From an uncultured delta proteobacterium (lineage in GTDB: Bacteria; Desulfobacterota; Binatia; UBA9968): a DNA stretch of 64,000 bases. Below are positions 1 to 9,740 of the stretch, one piece after another. Where the stretch lies: assembly GCA_963804165.1 (NCBI GenBank), contig CAWDPO010000003.1, positions 256,359-320,358 on the forward strand. Direction: 5' to 3'. Position numbers and translations under genes: made by a program. Within the stretch, counting starts at the first letter, position 1. Every line of letters starts with the position of its first letter. The notes beneath the pieces were generated by a model, which ran no database searches, had not been told where the DNA came from, and saw only the letters and a program-made list of their open reading frames with translations.

Positions 1-732
1 TCGGCGCAGTTCAAGCAGTACGAGGGACTGGTTTGCAACATGATGGAGTTTGTATTGAGCAACGGCGGTGCGTTGTGGAATGAACAGCGCCTCCAAAGCA
101 CGCTCGATGACGCCAAGGCGAAAGAGGCGGTGCGGTTCGTGCGCGATCAAATTATTCGCTTAATCGCGAATCGCGGCATTCTGGCCTACCAAGAACCGGA
201 ATCGCTGGCCTTGTTTACGCAGGGAAAAGCGATCTTCCATCGCAATTGGCCCTACGCCTGGGAAGCGTCCAATGACCCTAAACAGTCAAAAATCGCCGGT
301 AAAGTCGGCATCGTACCGTTGCCGGCTTTTCCCGGGCAAAAGAGTGCTGCCACCCTCGGCGGTTGGCAGCTGGGCATCAGCCGCTTCTCGCGTAATCCGC
401 AGCTTGCCTGGCAATTCGTCCAATTTATGACCAGCGGCGAGACGCAAAAACGGATTGCGCTCGAAACCGGCCGCGGGCCGGCGCGTAAGGCGCTCTATCA
501 TGATCCCGAGATCCTCAAGAAAAGTCCCCAGTTCCAGTCGCAGTACGAGACGTTCACTCTGGCCGCGCCGCGGCCGCGAACGCCGGTGTACCTACCCCTT
601 TCAAACGTCTTACAGCGTTACTTCAGCTCGGCCATCGCCATTGCCGATTCCGACATCGACCAGCTGGCGCGAGCTGCGTCGCGCGACATGGATCGCGCCT
701 TGGACCTCTTGCGTGATCGGAGACAGCGGTGA
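1..732 (+). CDS. Sugar ABC transporter substrate-binding protein (trehalose/maltose type), 5'-truncated by the window edge
   Basis: Open frame from base 1 (SAQFKQYEGLVCNMMEF); motifs FHRNWPYAW and ATLGGWQLGI of SBP family 1; followed by two permeases and an ATPase. Confidence 0.9.
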   Translation, partial: SAQFKQYEGLVCNMMEFVLSNGGALWNEQRLQSTLDDAKAKEAVRFVRDQIIRLIANRGILAYQEPESLALFTQGKAIFHRNWPYAWEASNDPKQSKIAGKVGIVPLPAFPGQKSAATLGGWQLGISRFSRNPQLAWQFVQFMTSGETQKRIALETGRGPARKALYHDPEILKKSPQFQSQYETFTLAAPRPRTPVYLPLSNVLQRYFSSAIAIADSDIDQLARAASRDMDRALDLLRDRRQR

Positions 733-1619
733 GCAACCACCAAGATCCGGTCTGGCGCTTTCTGGTGCCAAGTTTTGTCTTCGTCGGCGTATTTTCTCTC
801 TATCCGATTCTGGACTCCTTTCGCCTGAGCTTTTACCGCATGATTTTGACTCTGCCCTGGCTCGGCCAGAAATTCGTCGGCTGGGACAACTACCGCGATC
901 TCATCACCGATCCCGTGGCACTCGGGTCGCTCAGCACTTCCGTGATATTCGTCGCCGTCACGACTCCGATCGAAGTGCTTCTCGGTCTCGCCATGGCGCT
1001 GGTGTTGAACGAGTCCTTTCGCGGCCGCGGCTGGCTGCGCGCCGTCGTGCTCATTCCCTGGGCGGTGCCCACCGTGGTCTCGTCGCAAATGTGGCGTTTC
1101 ATTTTCAACGACCGCTACGGACTTTTTAATTATCTATTGTTCGGCGACGCGACTCAGCTGTACTGGGCGCCGCTCGCAGAGCCGGATTTGGCGCTGCTAT
1201 CGATCATGATAGCGGACATTTGGAAGACCAGCGCATTTGCCGCGCTGATCATTCTCGCCGGACTGCAGGTGATTCCCGGTGAGCTCTACGAGGCCGCCAG
1301 CATCGACGGCGCCAGCACGTGGCGAAAGTTTCGCCACATTACTCTGCCGCTGGTCAAGCCGGCTTTGCTGTTGGCGCTGCTATTTCGCACGATCGACGCG
1401 CTCAAGGTCTTCGACCTGGTCTTCGTCATGACCCAAGGAGGGCCCGCGGACACGACGAATCTTTTACAATTCTATGGCTACAAAAAGAGTTTTGCCGAGG
1501 GTATGATCGGCTACGGCTCGGCGATCGCGGTCGTGGTATTTTTGCTCTCGCTCCTCCTGTCGGTTCTCTATATTCGTCTGCTCGGGACCGGTTTGCTCCG
1601 AAAGGAGCGGCAAACATGA
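729..1619 (+). CDS. Carbohydrate ABC permease (MalF/UgpA-like)
   Basis: TM helices, EAA loop ELYEAASIDGA; GTG start overlaps the upstream stop. Confidence 0.92.
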   Translation: MSNHQDPVWRFLVPSFVFVGVFSLYPILDSFRLSFYRMILTLPWLGQKFVGWDNYRDLITDPVALGSLSTSVIFVAVTTPIEVLLGLAMALVLNESFRGRGWLRAVVLIPWAVPTVVSSQMWRFIFNDRYGLFNYLLFGDATQLYWAPLAEPDLALLSIMIADIWKTSAFAALIILAGLQVIPGELYEAASIDGASTWRKFRHITLPLVKPALLLALLFRTIDALKVFDLVFVMTQGGPADTTNLLQFYGYKKSFAEGMIGYGSAIAVVVFLLSLLLSVLYIRLLGTGLLRKERQT

Positions 1620-2428
1620 AAAAATTCGCGTTCGCCGCATCCGTGGTCGCGATCGGTACGCTGACCCTGCTGCCGTTTCTTTGGTTCGTGCTCACGTCTT
1701 GGAAAAACGCTGCGGAGATCAACGCCATCCCGCCGGTTATCCTGCCGAGTTTTCATTGGGGAAACTATCGCGCGGCGATCACGCAACACGAGCTGCTTCA
1801 TTATATCGGCAACAGCGCGATCGTCGCGTCGGCGACAACTCTGATCAGTCTCGCGATCGCGTCGCTGGCGGCCTTCGCGCTGGCGCGGTTCAAATTGCGC
1901 TGGGCGCGCTACTATCTGATGTTGTTGCTGGCGCTCTCTATGTTTCCTCAGATTGCCATTGCCGGTCCGGTGTGGCGGCTGTTGAATTTTCTGGGCTGGC
2001 TCAATAGTTATCACGGCATCGTTGCCGCGTATATTTCGCTTTCGTTGCCGTTTGCGATCTGGGTGCTCACGACGTTTTTCCAGGAGCTGCCCTACGATAT
2101 CGAAGAAGCGGCGCTGGTCGACGGTTGCACACGCTGGCAAGCGCTTCGACTCGTCGTGTTGCCGCTGGCGGCGCCGGGACTTTTTACCGCGGCGATTCTC
2201 GTTTTCATCCACGCCTGGAACGAGTTCTTTTTCGCGCTGATCATTTTGACCTACCCGGCGTTGCAAACGCTGCCGGTCGGCATCGCGCTGTTCCCCGGCG
2301 AATACACGATGCCGTGGGGCGAGATCGCCGCAGCTTCGACGATTGCCACGCTGCCGCTGATCGCGCTCACGCTGATATTCCAGCGCCGCATCGTCCAGGG
2401 CTTGTCAGCGGGAGCAGTGAAAGGTTGA
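1616..2428 (+). CDS. Carbohydrate ABC permease (MalG/UgpE-like)
   Basis: ATGA overlap at 1616; EEAALVDGC loop; C-terminal GLSAGAVKG. Confidence 0.92.
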   Translation: MKKFAFAASVVAIGTLTLLPFLWFVLTSWKNAAEINAIPPVILPSFHWGNYRAAITQHELLHYIGNSAIVASATTLISLAIASLAAFALARFKLRWARYYLMLLLALSMFPQIAIAGPVWRLLNFLGWLNSYHGIVAAYISLSLPFAIWVLTTFFQELPYDIEEAALVDGCTRWQALRLVVLPLAAPGLFTAAILVFIHAWNEFFFALIILTYPALQTLPVGIALFPGEYTMPWGEIAAASTIATLPLIALTLIFQRRIVQGLSAGAVKG

Positions 2429-2463
2429 GTCTTCGATTCAATCGGTAACAGGGGGAGGAAGCC

Positions 2464-3549
2464 ATCGCGTCTCTGATCATAAACAAAGTCTCTAAACATT
2501 TCGGCGACAGAGAAATCCTGCAGGAGGTTTCATTCGAAGTCGCCGACGGAGAGTTCTGCGTCCTGCTCGGCCCATCGGGATGCGGCAAGACAACACTCTT
2601 GCGCATCGTCGCGGGGCTGGAATCGGTGTCAAGCGGCACGGTCAGCATCGACACCACGCGGGTCGATCCGCTGCCCCCGGGCGATCGCGATGTTGCTTTC
2701 GTGTTTCAAAATTACGCGCTCTATCCGCACATGTCGGTTTTCGACAATCTGGCCTTTTCTTTGAGGCTGCGCGGCGTGCCGAAAGGCGACATTCAATCGC
2801 GTGTCGCCGAGGTGGCGCGATTGCTGGAGATTGAAAACCAGCTCACTCATAAACCGCAACAACTGAGCGGTGGGCAAAGACAGCGGGTCGCATTGGGGCG
2901 CGCGATCGTGCGCCGACCGAAGCTATTTCTCTTCGACGAGCCGCTATCCAACCTCGACGCCACGCTGCGGACCAACATGCGTGTCGAGCTCGCCAGACTG
3001 CACCATCAGCTGGGCTCGACCATGCTCTACGTCACCCACGATCAGGCCGAAGCTATGACTCTCGGCGAGAAAATCATCGTGTTGAATCGGGGCACGATTC
3101 AACAGATCGGCGCGCCGTTGGAGATTTATCATCGGCCAAGCAACTTATTCGTTGCCGGCTTCGTTGGGCAGCCGCAGATGAATCTTATCGAAGGCCGGTT
3201 GGACGCTGGGGGCAAACTTCACAGCGATACGGGGCTGGAACTGGATCTTTCCGATATCGCACCCGGCCGTGCCACGGCGGACTCATCGATGACTCTGGGC
3301 ATTCGCCCTGAAGATTTTCGTCCTTGCGCCGCGGCCGAGGCCTGGTTTTCCGGCACGGCCGATTTCGTCGAGGACCTGGGTTCGGACCGCTTCGTTCATG
3401 TTCTCTGTGGCAGGCTTAAACTTGTGGCACGCTTGCCGGCGCAAAATCCGATCAAGCGCGGCGCGGCGCTCTACCTGAACGTCGATCCCCAGCGCGTGCA
3501 TCTTTTTCGCGATGGCAAGCGCGTCGAGTCGTCTGGATCCGCAGGTTGA
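2464..3549 (+). CDS. Sugar ABC ATP-binding protein (MalK/UgpC-like); apparent ATC start
   Basis: Walker A GPSGCGKTT lies upstream of the ORF-track start; LSGGQRQR signature, FDEPLSNLD; GGAGG 5 nt before ATC2464; in-frame TAA at 2446. Confidence 0.88.
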   Translation: MASLIINKVSKHFGDREILQEVSFEVADGEFCVLLGPSGCGKTTLLRIVAGLESVSSGTVSIDTTRVDPLPPGDRDVAFVFQNYALYPHMSVFDNLAFSLRLRGVPKGDIQSRVAEVARLLEIENQLTHKPQQLSGGQRQRVALGRAIVRRPKLFLFDEPLSNLDATLRTNMRVELARLHHQLGSTMLYVTHDQAEAMTLGEKIIVLNRGTIQQIGAPLEIYHRPSNLFVAGFVGQPQMNLIEGRLDAGGKLHSDTGLELDLSDIAPGRATADSSMTLGIRPEDFRPCAAAEAWFSGTADFVEDLGSDRFVHVLCGRLKLVARLPAQNPIKRGAALYLNVDPQRVHLFRDGKRVESSGSAG

Positions 3550-3678
3550 AAGGGGAATTGGTTACCGTATACGCGCGCTTGCTTGGAGCCACTCGTCACG
3601 GCGGCGTTGCGATTTGCCTAATCGTCGACGCCGCCGGGCGCCTAACCTCGGTGAGCTAAATGAGGCGCGATCAGGTGG

Positions 3679-4161
3679 TTAGTGCGGCGTACCACCCAAT
3701 CCGCTTGCCTGCGCGACGATTTCGCTTACACTCTTGTCGAGATCGAGAGGGCGGTTGATGCGCGCATCGTCGCGCTCCGGCACGAGGGCGTAAACCTCCA
3801 GGCGGTTTCCCTCAGGATCAAGAAAATAGCATGACACGGTGTTGCCCATTTCCTCGTAAGCATGGCTCACGCAGTGATCGATCGGCACGCCCAGCGCCTT
3901 GAAACGTTCATAATACGCCTTGACGTCGGCAGGCGTGTCCGCGCGCCAGGCGATGTGCGCAATGATCTTGGCATTGCCCTCGCGTCCCTTGGCAAGAGCG
4001 AGTTGGTGGTCTTCGATGTTGGGGTCGGCCGTCAGAAATACCATCCGTCCGGCGCGCTCGCGGTATTTCACGAGTCCCAATACGTCTTTGTAAAAGGCCA
4101 CCATTTTGTCCAAATCATTGACATAGAGTACCACGTGGCTCAGGCCTTTAATCGTCGGCAT
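3679..4161 (-). CDS. VOC/glyoxalase family protein
   Basis: SHVVLYV...HIAW...YFLDPEGNRLE motifs; AGGAGG RBS. Confidence 0.88.
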   Translation of the reverse strand: MPTIKGLSHVVLYVNDLDKMVAFYKDVLGLVKYRERAGRMVFLTADPNIEDHQLALAKGREGNAKIIAHIAWRADTPADVKAYYERFKALGVPIDHCVSHAYEEMGNTVSCYFLDPEGNRLEVYALVPERDDARINRPLDLDKSVSEIVAQASGLGGTPH

Positions 4162-4259
4162 AATTAACGCCTCCTTTCAGGATTTCGCGCGCGGAGCGCG
4201 CGCAGTCTGGGCAAACGTCATTCGGTTTTTCTGTCATTATCGGGTGCGATCCTGGCCAG

Positions 4260-4289
4260 AACGTATCCGATTAGTTTGTCGGATGTCAA
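4260..4289 (-). promoter_or_regulatory. Putative sigma70 promoter of the VOC gene with overlapping operator palindrome
   Basis: TTGACA (4289-4284), then TACGTT 18 nt later; ATCCGA-N8-TCGGAT inverted repeat fills the spacer. Confidence 0.5.
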
Positions 4290-4304
4290 TGAAAGACTGG
4301 TCGC

Positions 4305-4546
4305 GGAATAAACACAGCGGGGCCTCGGGTTCTCGTGGCGGGCGGAAATATCAGCCGTCAGCTTGCTGCGGGTTAGTTCACTAACGATAATGTGGTTGTC
4401 GTGGATTTGAGCTGACTGGCGGGCTGACTCGTCCGTGCTTTTCGATCTCTTCGCGGGGTCGTCGGATATCTCGATTAACTGAGGCCTGGCGCCGGGGTAT
4501 AGGAAGCCTGGTGTCGTATCCAGTTGTGATTTCCTATCCCCGGCGA
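4305..4546 (-). ncRNA. Candidate structured non-coding RNA
   Basis: Starts 12 nt after a sigma54 -12 GC; hairpin 4490-4545; long-range GGCCTC/GAGGCC pairing; nested TCAGCC..GTCAGCT / AGCTGAC.GGCTGA stem; no RBS-led ORF. Confidence 0.5.
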
Positions 4547-4556
4547 AGGACTATTC

Positions 4557-4572
4557 AGCAAACCTCGTGCCC
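4557..4572 (-). promoter_or_regulatory. sigma54 -24/-12 promoter
   Basis: Minus strand GGGCACGAGGTTTGCT = GG-N10-GC with consensus GGCACG and TTGCT. Confidence 0.7.
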
Positions 4573-4872
4573 TGATTTGTCGCCACGGGCTTACCGACTT
4601 TAGAGAAGTTAAAACCGCGTGCAAGGACTTGCGCTATATAGCGCCAATGGCAAGTTTGCCTGCTGAACTCTTCAACCAACTTGATCGGGTTAAATTGCCG
4701 ATACGGCGAGAATCTCCGATAGTCTATTGGGTTTCAAATAGCGGTGCGGGAAATTGTGAAATGCTGCGCTGCGCATCGAATTACGCAGGCAGATTATGTT
4801 ATATCAGAATAACGCCAGGTCTTTCGCAGATGGCGGGCGCGCGAAGCGCCATCAATAAAAGGGGGAAAGATA

Positions 4873-5868
4873 ATGCGTCGAGTTCTGTTTTGCGCGGCGC
4901 TCATTGCGGCAATCGGTTGTCCGCTGACCGCACCGGCACAGGAGAAAAAACTGGAAAGACTTCGCACGGGCGGCGGCTCGGCGTCGGGCGCGCAGATGTC
5001 GATTTGGCTCGCCAAGGAAGGTAATTTCTACGAGAAGAACGGTCTCAATGTCGAAGTGATCAGCATTCCGGGAAGTTCGCTGGCGCTCCAGGCGATGCTT
5101 TCGGGAGAGCTGCCGATCATCCAAGCGGGCGGCGCCGGACCGATTCAAGCCGCGCTCTCGGGCACGGATACCGTCGTCATCGCGACCATCGCAAAAAAAT
5201 TCAATTGGTGGATATTCGCCCAACCCAACATCAACCGCATCGAAGATTTGCGCGGCAAAATTTTCGGCACGACACGCTTTGGCACCCAGTCCGACCTCGC
5301 CTCCCGCATCGCGTTACGCCGCGCCGGCATCGATCCGGAGCGCGACATCACCATGGTCCAGACGGGCGGGCCGGCGGAAACCATCAGCGCCATGGTGGCC
5401 GGCAAGATTCACGCTGCGGCAGTCACGCCGCCGGCGACCCTGCAAGCGCGAAAAGTGAAACTCAAGGATCTGGTGGACCTTTCCAAGCTCGACGTCGAAT
5501 ATCACGTCAACGGCGTGGTGACGACGCGCAAGTTTCTTAAGTCCAATGAAGATACCGTTCGCCGTTATCTCAAAGCGTACATCGAGGGCGCAGTGCGCGG
5601 CATGAAGGACAAGGTCTTCGCCATGAAGACGATGGGAAAGTATTTCCGCACGGACGACAATGACGTGCTCGAAGAGACCTACGAGATGATCATAAAAACC
5701 GGCTTTAGTGTGCCGCCCTATCCGGCGGGCATCGCGAGCCTGCTACAGGAGCTGGAAAAACCGTTTCCGAAAGCCAAAGGCGCGAAGCCGGAAGATTTCG
5801 CTGATAGCCGGCTGGTGCGCGAATTGGATCAAAGCGGTTTTATCAAGTCGCTGCTCGCCGGTCGCTAA
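4873..5868 (+). CDS. ABC substrate-binding protein, NMT1/THI5/SsuA-like
   Basis: Signal peptide; KNGLNVEVI, DLRGKIFG, C-terminal VRELDQSGFI. Confidence 0.88.
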   Translation: MRRVLFCAALIAAIGCPLTAPAQEKKLERLRTGGGSASGAQMSIWLAKEGNFYEKNGLNVEVISIPGSSLALQAMLSGELPIIQAGGAGPIQAALSGTDTVVIATIAKKFNWWIFAQPNINRIEDLRGKIFGTTRFGTQSDLASRIALRRAGIDPERDITMVQTGGPAETISAMVAGKIHAAAVTPPATLQARKVKLKDLVDLSKLDVEYHVNGVVTTRKFLKSNEDTVRRYLKAYIEGAVRGMKDKVFAMKTMGKYFRTDDNDVLEETYEMIIKTGFSVPPYPAGIASLLQELEKPFPKAKGAKPEDFADSRLVRELDQSGFIKSLLAGR

Positions 5869-5944
5869 CCCTCAAGAAACAAAATTTGAATACATCGGGG
5901 AGGTGGAGCTTGTTCGACTTGCTTGCCGGTAAACATCCGGCAAT

Positions 5945-6585
5945 ATGTGTTTTCGTTCATGTATTTGTGTTGTTTCAACTCATTAGCTCTCAAGGGCATG
6001 CCGCGGACAAGATCAGACTGGCGGTTCCGGATGTCGGCGGGCAGTTTATCACGTATCCTCTGGCGCACAGCCGAGGGTTTCTCAAACAGGAAGGGATCGA
6101 CGCGAGAATGTTTTAATTCGTGGCAACACGGTGTTGGCGGCGATGTCCAGCGGTGACGTCGACTACACGGTGGGGATTCAAGGCGTGCGCGGAGCGCTGC
6201 TCGGTATGCGCTCAAGATCGTCGCTTGCTTCGAGCCTCGAGCGGCCTTACAGTCCACGCCAAACGGCTGCGCGAAAAACCGGATGAAATCAAGCGGATTA
6301 TTCGGGCGGGTATGAAGGCCAACGGCTATATTCGGTCAATCGCGACGGCACTATTAAATTCTTGATGGAATGGAGCGCGGCACCATTGAGATCGCGTCCG
6401 TTACATACGACGCGGTCTGGCGCGTCTACAACGCCGACGGCAACGTGCCGATGGATGGATTCAATCGGGTCGTGCAAGACATCAAGGAACAGCGCGACCT
6501 CAAGCGCGATGCGCCGTCGAATGAACTGGCGGATCTAACAGCTTTGCGCCAGGCGCAAGCCGAGCTTGGTGTCAAAGGCAAGTAA
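5945..6585 (+). pseudogene. Decayed NMT1/THI5-like substrate-binding protein
   Basis: Fragments HAADKIRLAVP..GFLKQEGIDA, EIKRIIRAGMKA and LRQAQAELGVK in different frames; about 640 bp versus about 1 kb for intact paralogs, implying internal deletion. Confidence 0.75.
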
Positions 6586-6654
6586 TTAAGCGTAACTAAA
6601 TTCCAGCTCCCTTGGATCTCTCTCAGAGAACGCAGACGCGAAGAGCAGTGAACT

Positions 6655-7548
6655 ATGACTCAATCCTCGCAAGATCTATTTCGGATTACGTTGCTCGGCA
6701 CCGGCGCGCCGCCGCCGAGCCTGGAACGCTTCGGTCCGAGTACGCTGGTCGAAGTCGGTGAGCAGAAGTTTATCTTCGATGCCGGGCGCGGCGCCATGCA
6801 GCGGCTGCATCAGCTCGGGATTCCTTTCAGCGAGATTACCGGTATGTTTTTGACGCACCATCATTCCGACCATGTCGTCGGCTTTCCGGATCTCTGGCTG
6901 ACCGGTTGGATCGGCCGGCCATGGGGGAAACGCAGCACACCTTTACAAGTTTGGGGGCCGGAGGGGACGAAGCAGATGATGGAACACTTGCCGAAAGCGT
7001 TCCACGTCGACATCCGTGTGCGCAGCAAAAGTTATCCGGCAGAGGGCGTGAAATTAGTCGCGCATGAGATCGCCGAAGGAATCGTGTTCGAGGATGATGG
7101 CATCAAGGTTAGCGCATTTGAAGTCGATCACGGCGGAGAGGACTTGCCGGCCTACGGCTATCGAATCGATTACAAAGGCCATGCGGTCGCGTTGTCTGGC
7201 GACACGACGTTTAATGAAAACCTGATTGAGCATGCGCGCGGCGCCGACGTCCTCGTTCACGAAGTGACCGCTGTGTCCGGCAGCGCGGCGGAAAGCGCGG
7301 AGCAGCTCAAAAGAATCGGCAGCAATCACGCGACGCCGGAGCAGGCCGGCGAGGTCTTCGCCCGTGTCAAGCCAAAGTTAGCTGTGTACAATCATCTGCT
7401 ACTATTCGGCGGCGCCAAAGCCGCGGACCTGGTTCCGGCGACGAGAAAGAAATATGGCGGGCCGTTGATGGTCGGAGAGGATTTATTACAAATCGCCATT
7501 GGCCAAGAGGTTCAGGCGAAGCCATTCGAGAATTTACGCAACGGCTAA
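6655..7548 (+). CDS. MBL-fold metallo-hydrolase (RNase Z/AtsA-like)
   Basis: LLGTG, THHHSDH, SGDT, HEV and NHAT motifs. Confidence 0.88.
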   Translation: MTQSSQDLFRITLLGTGAPPPSLERFGPSTLVEVGEQKFIFDAGRGAMQRLHQLGIPFSEITGMFLTHHHSDHVVGFPDLWLTGWIGRPWGKRSTPLQVWGPEGTKQMMEHLPKAFHVDIRVRSKSYPAEGVKLVAHEIAEGIVFEDDGIKVSAFEVDHGGEDLPAYGYRIDYKGHAVALSGDTTFNENLIEHARGADVLVHEVTAVSGSAAESAEQLKRIGSNHATPEQAGEVFARVKPKLAVYNHLLLFGGAKAADLVPATRKKYGGPLMVGEDLLQIAIGQEVQAKPFENLRNG

Positions 7549-7571
7549 TTTCTTCGAAGAAGGATTTCTAA

Positions 7572-8582
7572 ATGGTGCTTCTGAAATCACTTATTCGTTT
7601 CTCACTTGCATGTGCGTGGCTGGCCATTGCTCCGTTCAGCTTCGCCGCCGCTCCCCTCGAACCCGTCACCATCGGTTATTCGACGTTCTCCGGGGCGTAC
7701 TTGCCGCTGTGGATCGCCGTCGAAGAGCGTTTAGGAAGAAAATACGGTCTCGATTTGAAAACGATCTATGCCGGCAGAATACGGCCGCAACAGCTTCTCG
7801 CGAGCGACGAAGTCCCGTTCGTCATGGCGAGCGGTACGGGTGCCCTTACTTCACACATTCTCGGCGTGAGAGACCAAGTGATCGTCATGACCACCATGAA
7901 CAAGGTCAATTCCGCTATTTTCAGCCGCAGCGACATCAAAAGCGCGGAAGAACTGCGCGGCAAAACCATAGCGACCGGTCGTCCCGGCGCGTTCGGCGAG
8001 ATAATGGTTCGGTATGTGTTGAGAGCGAAGCTCGGGCTTGTTCCGGACCGCGACGTAAAAATGCTGCCGATCGGTGAAGCTCAGTTGGCGTTTCCGGTAC
8101 TGGAACGCGGCGTCGTGCAGGCGGCCTCGCTGACGATTCCTTTTACGTTGATCGCGAAGAAAATGGGTTATCGGGAATTGATCGACTACGATAAAGCCGG
8201 CGTCGTATATCCGTACAACACCGTCACGACGCTGCGCCAAACGCCGGCCAAGAGCCCCGAACTAACCGAGAAGTTTTTGAAGACGATGATCGAAGGAATT
8301 TATCTCTCCAAGACCGACAAAGAGAAAAGCTTGGCCGTGTTGAAAAAATATATGAAAGGAACGGCCGACGACACCTTGGAAGAGACGTATCAATACGCCA
8401 AAAGCGCCGTGGAAGACGTGCCCACCCCATCTTTGGACATAACCAAAGCGGCACTGGAAATTTTGTCCTATCAATATCCGCAAGCGAAGGAGACCGACCC
8501 GAACTTGATCATCGACACAACGATCATGAAGCGTATCGAACAGAGCGGGTTCATTAAGGCGCTTTATAAAAAGGGAGGTTGA
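7572..8582 (+). CDS. ABC substrate-binding protein, NMT1/THI5-like (paralog A)
   Basis: Signal peptide; KYGLDLKTIYAGRIRPQQLL. Confidence 0.88.
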   Translation: MVLLKSLIRFSLACAWLAIAPFSFAAAPLEPVTIGYSTFSGAYLPLWIAVEERLGRKYGLDLKTIYAGRIRPQQLLASDEVPFVMASGTGALTSHILGVRDQVIVMTTMNKVNSAIFSRSDIKSAEELRGKTIATGRPGAFGEIMVRYVLRAKLGLVPDRDVKMLPIGEAQLAFPVLERGVVQAASLTIPFTLIAKKMGYRELIDYDKAGVVYPYNTVTTLRQTPAKSPELTEKFLKTMIEGIYLSKTDKEKSLAVLKKYMKGTADDTLEETYQYAKSAVEDVPTPSLDITKAALEILSYQYPQAKETDPNLIIDTTIMKRIEQSGFIKALYKKGG

Positions 8583-8713
8583 GTTTTCTTGGGCGGATTG
8601 AAGGTCGTCTCGGCCCTGACGGCGCGCGTTGCAAGATGAACTTTTAGAGTTAGGATTGGCACCGGAGTAATCACGGTCGTTTCTGAGTGGGCAAAAGGAT
8701 CGAAGGAGGGATT

Positions 8714-9079
8714 ATGTCGATAAAGCTTAATCACACGATTGTGCCGGCAAAGGACAAAGAGGCTGCAGCGACGTTCTTCGCGAAGCTTTTCGGTCTCAAT
8801 TACGATGGGCCGATGGGGCACTTCGCGCCTGTGCGCGTCAACAAGGAATTAACTTTGGACTTTGATAATGCCGAGTCCTTTGAGCCGCATCACTATGCGT
8901 TTCATGTAGACGATGACGAATTCGACGCGATTTTTGGGCGCGTGCAGGAGGCTGGCATCTCTTGGGGCAGCGATCCTAGAAATACGACGAACCGCCAATT
9001 GAACTCCCGAAAGGGCGGCCGCGGCGTTTACTTTCACGGACCCGACGGTCACCTGCTGGAATTGATGACACGCGCTTGA
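8714..9079 (+). CDS. VOC family protein
   Basis: AAGGAGG RBS; LNHTIV, HHYAFHV, GRGVYFHGPDGHLLE. Confidence 0.88.
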   Translation: MSIKLNHTIVPAKDKEAAATFFAKLFGLNYDGPMGHFAPVRVNKELTLDFDNAESFEPHHYAFHVDDDEFDAIFGRVQEAGISWGSDPRNTTNRQLNSRKGGRGVYFHGPDGHLLELMTRA

Positions 9080-9084
9080 GCGCG

Positions 9085-9211
9085 AAGTTCAGAAGGTTGG
9101 GCGGGAATCGAGAAGGCTTTGGAAATCTGGATTCCGGGTCGCGCTGGCTTGCGCCAGCTTGCCCGGAATGACGATTGAATTATGTTGTGCATTCCTGAAC
9201 CACCGCACTGG
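9085..9211. repeat. Miniature repeat element containing a TGGATTCCGGG..CCCGGAATGACG REP-type palindrome
   Basis: Imperfect palindrome 9128-9173; ends resemble those of the CTAG-bounded elements at 32097 and 47858. Confidence 0.55.
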
Positions 9212-9328
9212 AATCGTTTCCCATCTCCGAGCCCAACTTTGCTTTCATGGAGTTCTCGTAAGGTCCCCCGATGGTCATGCCTACGTCTTCATGTAGATAA
9301 GTTTTTGGATATCTGAAATAGTTGAACT

Positions 9329-9673
9329 ATGGGCAACAAAATTACCGATATCGGGAAGATGAAAAGCAGTGTGGACGCCGGAGTTCGCAGAGGGGTTTTC
9401 GATGGCAAGAAGAATGCAAAGTTGGGGACTGAAAAGAATCCGGCGGTTGTGACGGTACCAACAGAGAATAGAGTCAAAGAAGTGAAGTCTGTATTTGAAA
9501 AACATGGATGGACTTATCAAATCGAACTAGAACCGGACAAACCTGAGGATATCGCCGATCTGACGCGATTACTGAACCCACTCAAACCGGTGATCGCCGA
9601 AAAAAAAGTTGGACGTAATGTGCCTTGCCCATGCGGCAGCGGAAAGAAATATAAAAACTGCTGTGGTCAGTAG
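9329..9673 (+). CDS. SEC-C metal-binding motif protein (PBPRA1643-like)
   Basis: KLGTEKNP motif and C-terminal [20 protein letters not shown]; AT-richer than neighbours; start uncertain. Confidence 0.85.
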   Translation: MGNKITDIGKMKSSVDAGVRRGVFDGKKNAKLGTEKNPAVVTVPTENRVKEVKSVFEKHGWTYQIELEPDKPEDIADLTRLLNPLKPVIAEKKVGRNVPCPCGSGKKYKNCCGQ

Positions 9674-9713
9674 CGGATGCGCGGTTCGGTTTATTCGCTA
9701 CGAAATATTCGGG

Positions 9714-9740
9714 CCCTTCGACCAGCTCAGGGCGAACGGA
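9714..9740 (+). repeat. REP-like unit CCCTTCGAC..GCTCAGGGCGAACGG
   Basis: Related copies near 17081, 27991, 29538, 48056 and 59221. Confidence 0.7.

Noticed and set aside
3640-3670. GCCTAAC as a possible attC
   Set aside because: No matching L boxes or GTTRRRY; lies between convergent ordinary genes
4316-4420. Possible tmRNA (plus-strand NDNVVVVDLS* resembles a tag peptide start)
   Set aside because: No tRNA-like 5' or T-loop/CCA end and no Ala-Ala C-terminus
4629-5024. 131-aa ORF upstream of the SBP
   Set aside because: TTG start without RBS, overlaps the SBP out of frame, no motifs
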